Of a stretch of 64,000 nt of DNA, positions 54,372-64,000 are shown piece after piece; the first letter of the stretch is position 1, and each line of letters starts with the position of its first letter. This stretch comes from Neocallimastix sp. 'constans' (taxonomy: Eukaryota). The position numbers were made by a program, and so were the translations under genes. The notes below the pieces were generated by a model. The model did not search any database. It had not been told where the DNA came from and saw nothing but the letters and a program-made list of their open reading frames with translations. The stretch is from assembly GCA_050613775.1 (NCBI GenBank), contig JBODTK010000121.1:1-64000 (forward strand), read 5' to 3'.

Positions 54372-55646
54372 TGTTTTATAATTAACATTTGATTTTTTGA
54401 TTTATTATAATAAAAAAACAATAATAGTAATACGTATATATTTATATATATATATATTAAAGATGTTATTAGAGCGAAAATATGCTGATATAATTATTTT
54501 TGTATATATATTAAATTTAGAATAATAAATAAATATATATTCATTTTTTTTTTTTTTTTTTTTTGTTAGCTATTGAATTTATATTATATTGAAGTTTTAA
54601 TAAAAGAATTTTTTTATAGTAAAATTATAATAAAATCAAAAAATATATATATGAAATATAATATTTTTATAATGAGGAATATAAATAATAAAAATATATA
54701 TATATATATGAAATTAATATATCAAAATATAGAATTATAGAATAGATAAACTGAAATATGAAATTTAAAATTTAGCTTTAATTTTTTTTTATTTATATAG
54801 AAAATTTAATAAAATAAAACAAAAATCAAAAACATTTATTAAATATTGAATAATTATTATAATTGTTATTATAAAACATAAATATATTATGTATATATTA
54901 AATGGCGTGAATAATATCTTGTACAAATATAAAATTACAATTACGAAGAAGTTTAAATAGTAGAAAAATGGATCAACTGCTCAAAGAGTTAAATAGTTAT
55001 TGAAAGAAAAGTAAATAAATAGAAAATAAAATAAATATAATCGACTCTCTTTAATAGTATAAAGTTAATTTCTAAAAGGTACCTTATCATCATTCTACAT
55101 AATGATATAAATTATTTAATTAATATTATAGATTTATATATACATATATGTATATATTTTTTAATTTTTATTATATATATATGATGAAACAAAAAAAAAA
55201 ATAAAGATATAAATAATTATAAATATAGTAAAATTAATAAAAATTAGTATTATTTATCAACTTTATATTTATTCATTCATTTATTTATTTATTTATTTTA
55301 TTTATTTTATTTATTTATTTTATTTTATTTTATTTTTATTTTTTTTATCTATGTTATCCAATGTTAATAATAATAAATAAAAAATAATAAATAATGATAA
55401 ATAAATAATAAATAATAATTAATAATTAATAATAATAAATAAATATGATATTGTTAATAATGTAAATATATATATGTTAATTATTATTATGTTATCATAT
55501 AAATCTATTAAATACATAATCATATATAAATTTTGTATAATATTTTTTATAACATTCTTATTCTTAACTATATTTCATTATTAAATTTTTAATTTTTTTT
55601 TTTTTTTATATTTATTTCTTTGTTAATGATTTATATAATTTTTAAC

Positions 55647-55695
<49 letters not shown>

Positions 55696-55974
55696 AATAA
55701 ATATAATTTCTTAAACATAAAGAAAAACTTAGTTCATTTATATATTTCTGTTTAATGGAGTTAAAAAAAGTATTATGATATTATTTTACAGATTCATATC
55801 CATTTTATTAATTAATATTACTTAATATTTCATTATAAATGGCTGATAATTGAATATTTTATTTATCTTTTATTTCTTCAAAGAAATTTTAATTTTATTA
55901 TTGTATTGTATTCCAAAAATAATTTAGTATTAAAAATCTCTATTAATTATTGTAATAGTATATTTATGATAATC

Positions 55975-56040
<66 letters not shown>

Positions 56041-56131
56041 TTGATGTACTTTTAATAATATTATTATATAATTTATAGGGTATAAATCAATGATATCATG
56101 TTTCATCATTAATATATAATTGATAATAATT

Positions 56132-56171
<40 letters not shown>

Positions 56172-56468
56172 TAGTATTGGTTAAATTATTTAATTTAGAA
56201 ATATACATTTTCCATTAATGTTTTAAAATGTTTCTTTTTTTTTTTTTTTTTTTAATTTAATTCTTATTATTCCGAAAGTAAATTAATGTATTATACATTT
56301 TTGAATAATATAAAATAATTATTACTTAATCATAGTGTTTTGAATAATAATATGAAAATTTTTCTAATATTTGAAACTTTTTTTCTAAATAAAATTTAAA
56401 TAATAATTGCCTTAGGATTAGTATTTAATCCTATTAATTCTATTTTTTATTAATTTTTATTTTTTTTT

Positions 56469-56516
<48 letters not shown>

Positions 56517-56530
56517 CCATTATTAGTATA

Positions 56531-57907
56531 TTAAATTACTACAAATGTTTTCCACTTTCCACTTTTATATCTTATTATATTAAAAGTAAATCTTACTACC
56601 CAATCAATAACCATTGCAAAGGTTACCCCTATAACACCCATATTAAACCATACTCCAAGAATGAAAGCAAATGATACTCTTACAATTAATGTTGCAAAAA
56701 CACCAGTATACATAGTAAATTTAACATCTCCTGCAGCTCTTAAACCGGAAGCTAACGCAAATGTACTTGGATGGAAAATGATACTGAAAAAATTATGAAT
56801 GAAAACCATAATAGTAACCAATCTAACGGTTTCTTCTGATAAATCATATAATTGTAAAACTAACAATGTAATTCCATAGAATGCTGTATTCCAAAAAATC
56901 GCTCCAGTATAGTTTATTCTTAAAAGTTTTCGGAAATAATAATCTGCTGCTTCATAATCCTTCGCTCCAACACATTGTCCTATGACTGTTATAAATACTG
57001 GTCCCATGACATTTGTAAAAAGTGCTGACATATTCCAAAAATTTTGTGATATCCCATTGGCTGCAATTTGTGATGTTCCAAATAATGCTACAATACTGCT
57101 AAGGGCTACCTTAGCTGCTTCAAATAGTCCTCCTTCTATAGCATTAGGAATAGCAATATGAAGTATTCGCTTAATGATATCCCGGTCAAATTTGAAAATA
57201 TATCTAAATTTTACAAAGATAATATTTTTTTTGCTAAAACAAAACACTAGCATAATGAGGGCGGCTACACATCTTGATATTAATGAAGGTATGGCTACAC
57301 CTGCTACACCTGCTTTTAATATAAATACACCAATCATATTACCAGCTAAATTGATAATATTCATCAAGAATGAAACATACATAGTAATTTTTGTCTTAGC
57401 CATACTTCTAAAAATGGCAGAGCATGCTTGATATACTGCCAAAGCAGGAAAAGATAAAACAGTAATAGTTAAGTAGGTGATACTAGCTATCATAACATCC
57501 TCTTCAATTTTTCCAAAAAGTAATCTGAGTAATACTTTCTTGGAAATCAAGAGAATTCCTCCTACTCCTATAGATAGTAAACCCGAAATCATAATTAATT
57601 GTCCTGATGATAACTTTCCTTTATCTAAATCATCTCTTCCAATATATTGACTGACAATAACTGCACCACCTGAAGCAAGCGACATAAATACCACAATAAA
57701 TACATTATTAATTTGATTAATTAATGAAACCCCAGATATAGCACTTTCCCCTGCATAACTTACAATTAGTGTATCAGCAATACCAACAAGCAACACCAGT
57801 GCCTGTTCCACTAATATTGGATAAATAAGAACCCATAGTCTTTTATTTGAAAATATTTGTTGCTCCTTTAAAATCTGTTTTTTGGGTTCAATGATTTTTT
57901 TTAACAT
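56531..57907 (-). CDS. MATE family multidrug/toxic compound efflux transporter, bacterial-like and intronless
   Basis: 458 aa, ~12 hydrophobic segments, two-repeat architecture. PILVEQ...LVGIADTLIVS, VSQYIG, FRSMAKTK, GQCVGA and LRAAGD motifs. Confidence 0.93.
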   Translation of the reverse strand: MLKKIIEPKKQILKEQQIFSNKRLWVLIYPILVEQALVLLVGIADTLIVSYAGESAISGVSLINQINNVFIVVFMSLASGGAVIVSQYIGRDDLDKGKLSSGQLIMISGLLSIGVGGILLISKKVLLRLLFGKIEEDVMIASITYLTITVLSFPALAVYQACSAIFRSMAKTKITMYVSFLMNIINLAGNMIGVFILKAGVAGVAIPSLISRCVAALIMLVFCFSKKNIIFVKFRYIFKFDRDIIKRILHIAIPNAIEGGLFEAAKVALSSIVALFGTSQIAANGISQNFWNMSALFTNVMGPVFITVIGQCVGAKDYEAADYYFRKLLRINYTGAIFWNTAFYGITLLVLQLYDLSEETVRLVTIMVFIHNFFSIIFHPSTFALASGLRAAGDVKFTMYTGVFATLIVRVSFAFILGVWFNMGVIGVTFAMVIDWVVRFTFNIIRYKSGKWKTFVVI

Positions 57908-59339
57908 TTTTCAAATTAATATACTATAAGATATATATATATATATATAAATAAAATAATATTAATACATTATATTATTTTTTTAGTTTAAATATCACAA
58001 AAATTAATATTTCTAATTTAAATATTTTTATTTTTTCATTAATTTTTAATATTTTAAAATTTTTCAAATTAAAAATTAAACATTTATTGATATTGATTCA
58101 TTTTAAAACTTTATTATTAATAACATTTGAATTTTAATCTTATATAATATAAAAAAATTTTCAAATTATTGTTTACTTAAATATGATTGGTCATCATAAT
58201 ATCTAGGTTTTGATTGGAAAAATTGTAGATATATAAATAAAAAGATAAAAAATTTATAATTTTTCAATTAAGTTTTAATTTTTATTTTTTAAATATTGTA
58301 TAATTTTTATATATGTTTATACACTAATAAAAATTAAAAGTTCAATTGATATAAGAAGTAATTAAATATTCTATTTTTGCATAATTCTTAACTATATTAT
58401 TACCTGAAAAATCAATAATATATTAATGTTCTTATATAATTCTTGCTAAAAATCTTATATAAAAGTTATAATATTTTAATTAATTAAAATGTATTAAAAT
58501 AATGTAAATAGTATTATGTAATATAAAAAAAAAAAAAAAAAAAGGATAATGGAATTAATAATTTAAAATTATATTAATTTCCCTTTTTTTTATTTTTATA
58601 TTATATAATGTTTATTAATATATATTATTTTATTTTTTTTGTATTTTATCTTTTGTAATATCAAAATAAAAATAAAGTAATTAATTATAATTGCAACTCT
58701 TAAGAATAGGAAATTCATTTAATGGTTTGTTAATACTTTTTTGGTGTGTGGATCGTCCATTTTAGAATTATTTCACTTCTTTCTATTTTATTACTAATAA
58801 ATTTTTATGAAAGATTATTTATTTAAAGTCATAAAATTTTGTCATTGTATACATATATATTCAAATATTGAGACTTAAATATAATAATTTGTAACTGTAC
58901 AACTGTTAGAACTCTTTTTCTATTTTATTACTAATAAATTTTTATGAAAGATTATTTAAGTGATAAATATTTATTATTATTTACATTCAAATATTAAGAT
59001 TCCATTATAATATATTTTTATATAAATCATTACTAATGATTAATATTTGATACAATTATAATAGTAACTCGAGAGAGCTATTAATAATAGTTTTTCATAT
59101 TAATATGGTAATTTTTAACAATTCCATAAATAATTTCATGACAATTTGATATTTTTTTACTTAATTTTTTTTTTTATGCGAACTCTAACTTTATATATTC
59201 ATTCATTTATTAATATATATTTTTTAAAAACAACAAAACTAAAAAATAAAAAAAAAATATATATATATATATACAAATTGAACATAGTAATTTTTTAGAT
59301 AGTAATGTGAATAATAGTAATATTCAAAATAAAGAGTAT

Positions 59340-59690
59340 AAAAAAAATCAGAAAAAAGTTTATATACAAGGAACCTCACCGCCAAATTATAAGATTTCAG
59401 TTTAAAGGAATTCTTATTCCGGATTAAGGTTTGATTTGGAAAATTTGAAAAAAATTACGGACTTCTCCTTCAGAGTCATTGGCTCTTCTGGCCTGTCTTA
59501 CTGAATTGCAGCGTTGACGCTCCTGGTTAGCTTACACTTTTACCGTCGGAATAGCAATTCTTGTTGAGTACTAGTCCTTGGTATAATTTTTATAAAGAGA
59601 GCCACAAATCGCCCCAAGAAGGGAGTTTTAGAATAATCACCAGAAATAATTTAGTTATTAAACAAAACTTCCCATTTCTTTTTATAATAT
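59340..59690 (-). mobile_element. Dispersed repeat, probable 3' end of a non-LTR retrotransposon
   Basis: Homologous to 34205-34355. Broken minus-strand frame SKTPFLGRFVALFIKIIP...RSVNA / VRQARRANDSEGE. Confidence 0.6.
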
Positions 59691-60497
59691 AAAGTCATAA
59701 TGTTTTTTATTTAATCACAATATTCATGGGTTTATTTATTTCATTTATATTTATAATATATATATAAATATTTGCATTAATTCATATAAATCACTATATG
59801 AAGAAAATATATTATTAATACAATAAAATTATATAATTGTATTCCATACATGGATGATTTTAATTTTTACTTTTTTTTTTTTTTTACTCAAATTATTATT
59901 TTAAATAATTAACAATTATTAATATATTTAATTAATAAAATCTAAAATTGTTTAAATTAAAATATATATACATAAAACCATTTTTAATTCATAATTTTTA
60001 TTAAATAATAATAATATATTTACTTGTTTAACTTAAACGTATAATTTATACATTATTTATTTAATTAAGTATAAAATAATTAAAACTTTGTATTGTAGTT
60101 TCCCTATACCAATAAAAGGATATATAACATTTATATACTTATATTTTAATATATAAAATAAATAAAAATAAAATCAAGAATACATTTTACTATAAATCCA
60201 ATAAATTTTAATAAATTTAAATAATTAGGAAAATTCTATTAACCACATATATATAGCTATTATTATTATTATTTCAATTTTAATTATTATTAATAAAAAA
60301 AAGTTTTTATTCCTAAATATTATTGTATCATGAGTAAAAAAAAAAAAAAAAAAAAAAAAATCAATAAATACTGAACTTTTTATGATTTTTATTTATTTTT
60401 TATATATAAATATATTTAAATTAAAGGTATTAATTATTTTAAATTATTGTTATATTAATTTATAATTAATTATTAAAACTGGACCATTTTAATATAT

Positions 60498-61451
60498 TTA
60501 ATTAATAAATGGTTTAGCGAGTTCTTTAACTATATCCTCACATGAATCAATGCTTTTAACTAAAGATATAGTATTATTAATTGATGCGGAACCTTGCGTC
60601 TTATCCCCTTGAATCATACTTTTAAAACTATCACCTAATGAAGGATTAAGATTACCTTTTTTATTAAGTTCAAGACCATGCTTAGCGATATCATTTGGAG
60701 GAGTTCTCATTCTACTGGAACCGTTAAGAATAACATTAACTATATAGTCATCTGGATGTGTTTGAAGAATTTGATCCTTAATTGTTTGTGCTAATCTACA
60801 TTCTTTTGAAAGCATAAATCTAGATCCAACGTAAAGTCCTTCAGCACCAGCTGCTTTAGCGGCTCCAGCTAATTTTTCATTAACAATACCACCTGCTGAT
60901 AATACTGGAATTTTAACAGCATCAGAAATTAAAGCAGTAATTGAAGCCATACCATTTACAAGAATTGGCATTACACCGCCTTCATCACAACCAGTAGCAA
61001 CAACGATATCAGCACCAGCTTTTTCAGCATTAATAGCTCCTCTTACTGTAGGATTTATTTCTCGTGCAATAACAGTAAAACCATCTTCTTTTAATTCACG
61101 AATTTCCTTTGGATCAGCTATACCAATTAATGCAAGAACTTTAACATTTTCTTCTTTACAGAGCTTAATAATATTTTTACTATATTTATGAGGATCATAC
61201 ATAGAAGTGAGAATATTCATTCCAAATGGTTTAGAGGTAAGTTTACGTGTATTATGAATAGTTTTCCTCATTTCATCAACCGTATCTTTAATAGAGGTCA
61301 CAGGTTTTTCATAACCACCATTTGGACCAATCACACCTAAACCTCCAGCATTAGATACAGCAGCAACAAGTTTTGCTGAAGTAATCCATGCCATTGGTGC
61401 CTGAATTACTGGTTTTGAAATTCCAAGAATTTTACAAACTCTATTACTCAT
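60498..61451 (-). CDS. Nitronate monooxygenase / FabK-like FMN-dependent oxidoreductase, bacterial-like and intronless
   Basis: PVIQAPMAWIT...LVAAVSNAGGLG, KPFGMN, AEKAGADIVVATGCDEGG, IPVLSAGGI, GAEGLYVGSRF. Confidence 0.92.
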   Translation of the reverse strand: MSNRVCKILGISKPVIQAPMAWITSAKLVAAVSNAGGLGVIGPNGGYEKPVTSIKDTVDEMRKTIHNTRKLTSKPFGMNILTSMYDPHKYSKNIIKLCKEENVKVLALIGIADPKEIRELKEDGFTVIAREINPTVRGAINAEKAGADIVVATGCDEGGVMPILVNGMASITALISDAVKIPVLSAGGIVNEKLAGAAKAAGAEGLYVGSRFMLSKECRLAQTIKDQILQTHPDDYIVNVILNGSSRMRTPPNDIAKHGLELNKKGNLNPSLGDSFKSMIQGDKTQGSASINNTISLVKSIDSCEDIVKELAKPFIN

Positions 61452-61510
61452 TTTATTATTATATAAGAAATATTCTACTATGAATGTATATTATTATTAG
61501 TCAACTTTTA

Positions 61511-61558
<48 letters not shown>

Positions 61559-62765
61559 CGAATATAAATTCAAAAAAGAAAATTTTTATTTAATATAATG
61601 AAATAAAAAGAAAATAAAATCTGAAAATGAAAAATTTTTATTTAATGTAATAAAATTTAAATAGAGATTAAAAAAAAAAAAAAAAAAACTTTAACCTTAA
61701 TTTATAGATTTTATTTAATATTGAAACATCATAACATGGTAAAAAAAAAAAAAAGGAATAAATTAAATTTATATGAATATTAATTATTAGATGATACCTT
61801 TTCATTTTAATTAATCCATATCAATAAATTTTTATTGATTATGAAATAAAACATTTATCCTAAAAAAAAAAAAAAAGGTAGTAATTATAATGAATAACAA
61901 ATATTATTAATGTTTTTTTAATAATAACATTTATTAATAACATTTATTATTTTATTATTATGCTATAATTAATTTAAAAATTTAAGTTTTTTACCTTTAA
62001 TTAGAATATTTAATTTAATAAAAAAAATATATATGTATTTATCCAAATATATAAATATATTTGTTATTTGTTATTATGGAAAAACTAGTAATGACCATAA
62101 TAAAATAATTAATTTATTATAAAAAATTATTTTTACGTTAATTTTTATTTTTTGATTTCTTATTTATTTATCTATTTTTTTTTATTTTTTATTTTTTTTT
62201 TTTTTTTTACTTTTTTTACTTTTTTTACTTTTTTTACTTTTTTTATATAAATAATCATTAAAATCTTATATTATTCCTTTTTCTATTTTAAATTTGTTTT
62301 AAAATAATAAATAGTTGTATAATACATAGATTTCAATTGAATTTGTTTTTTATTTTAAATATTATTGAATTAATTTAATTTCCTTATTATAATACATTTA
62401 TTAATATCTATCTTAAATATATACTTGAAAATATACAAAAAAAGAACAATTTTGATCATTTGAAAATTTTCCAATTTAAATAATTTAAATATTTCTTTTT
62501 TTGTATATATATCAAAATTGAATATGGAATTTTTGCCTTATTTTCATATTTATCCTTTACTATTAATATAAAAATAAAGTATTATATGCTCTTTTTCATT
62601 TTTTTTATTGTGATTTTTTGTGTTTTTATTATTATTAGTATCATTATTTCTTGTTCAAAATAAATACTTTTATTTTAAGTCTATAAATAAAAATAAAATC
62701 AAAATTCCAAATAATTCATTATATAATGAATAGCATAATATATTTATTAAAATTAAATTATTGAA

Positions 62766-62805
<40 letters not shown>

Positions 62806-62859
62806 AATTAGAATAAAATAAACTTCATTGGTTCCTCGGATTCATTCTATATTCGAATT

Positions 62860-62890
<31 letters not shown>

Positions 62891-63274
62891 TATAAATATA
62901 TAAATAAAATAATTTTATGAATAATATTTTTCTAAATTTAATATCTAATTAATACACTAATAATTACAAAATATATATATATAAAAATGAAGTTTTACCG
63001 CAATACTTTATTTCTAATTAAACTATCTATTTGTATATATTTAGATAAATTTTTATAATGTCTATTTAATTTATAATTTTTTTAATTAAAAAAAAAAATA
63101 ATATAAAAATAAATAATATATATATATTTCTTTTTTTTATATTAATTTAATATATAGTTTTATTTTCAATAATATGAACATAATTTTTTGTTAAGGAGTC
63201 AGACACAAAATGTATGCTTTACACAATAATAATAATGTTATATTTTTTTTTAATATATATATTATTAAGAATAA

Positions 63275-63375
63275 TTTTTATGTTAAAAAGACTCAAATAA
63301 AAAATATTACATTTAATTTTAATTTTATGTTAAAAAGACTGAAATAAAAAATATTACATTTAATTTTAATTTTAT
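63275..63375. repeat. ~49-bp tandem duplication
   Basis: TTTTATGTTAAAAAGACT.AAATAAAAAATATTACATTTAATTTTAA occurs twice. Confidence 0.85.
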
Positions 63376-63816
63376 ATTATTGGCACATTATTTATTATTT
63401 ACATTATAAAATATTTATAATATTTTAATGCAATATAAGAAATCTTATATTTCTTAACAATTTTTTAATATATTAAATTAATTATTATATATTAAATTTT
63501 ATATAAAATTTATTTGAAATTGTTTTTAGAGAAAAAAAATATCTAAATACCTCATTTTTTTTAAATATATCATAGTATAATTCAAAAATGTTTTTCCATC
63601 TTCAATTATAATATTTAATTGATAATATATAATTTAATGCAACATCATTATATATTAACATATTTTATATATATAACCTATTTTATTTACATCTTTTTTT
63701 GAAATAGAATTTTAATATTTCAAGAATTTAAAGTGAAAAATATAAATATCTGAGTTTGATTCATTGAAATCTAATCCGTTTTTGATTAAAATAATTAAAA
63801 TATTATTACTAATTAT

Positions 63817-63846
63817 GGGTGTGTTGCATTTCGGAACTTGACTTTA
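63817..63846 (+). mobile_element. Mutator-like TIR (left end of an element that probably continues beyond the window)
   Basis: GGGTGTGTTGCATTTCGGAACTTGACTTT resembles the ends at 26205, 51368, 51908 and 54371. Confidence 0.55.
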
Positions 63847-64000
63847 TATAAAAAATGGTGTACTTAATATATGTAAAATAATATTTATTTATTAAATATA
63901 ATTTAACCTCAAAAATACCTCATTAATTTCTTTTACTCATTCATTGATTACATTTCGCTTATTCTCGGCTGATCTCCAACTCTACACAGTCGCAAGCTTT

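Noticed and set aside
63950..64000. GC-richer sequence at the window edge
   Set aside because: It is too short to assign.

Overview
Extremely AT-rich eukaryotic DNA. Fungal non-catalytic dockerin (CBM10-type) motifs and intronless bacterial-like genes point to an anaerobic gut fungus (Neocallimastigomycota); this is an inference. Layout: (1) 1-14.0 kb is a satellite of (ATAAA)n runs punctuated by about 110 copies of a fixed 30-nt core, ending in a fold-back junction. (2) 16.2-24.5 kb has a hairpin-rich, iteron-like segment followed by three broken minus-strand genes: a very compact multisubunit RNA polymerase largest subunit that does not look like a host gene (QADFDGDEMN), a PI-PLC/ricin/dockerin gene, and an acyl-CoA-ligase/condensation-domain gene. 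(3) Mutator-like transposon remnants, one of which is bounded by TIRs and a TSD and carries a second array of the same satellite. (4) Intact genes: two LURP-one/Tubby-C-like proteins, GH43-CBM13-2x dockerin, dockerin-GH26, a MATE transporter and a nitronate monooxygenase/FabK-like enzyme. (5) A tRNA-Leu(TAG) and a probable LINE 3' end nested inside long inverted repeats. The most notable observations are the putative viral/plasmid-type RNAP relic and the transposon-borne satellite. All family assignments come from motif recognition by eye; no searches were run.
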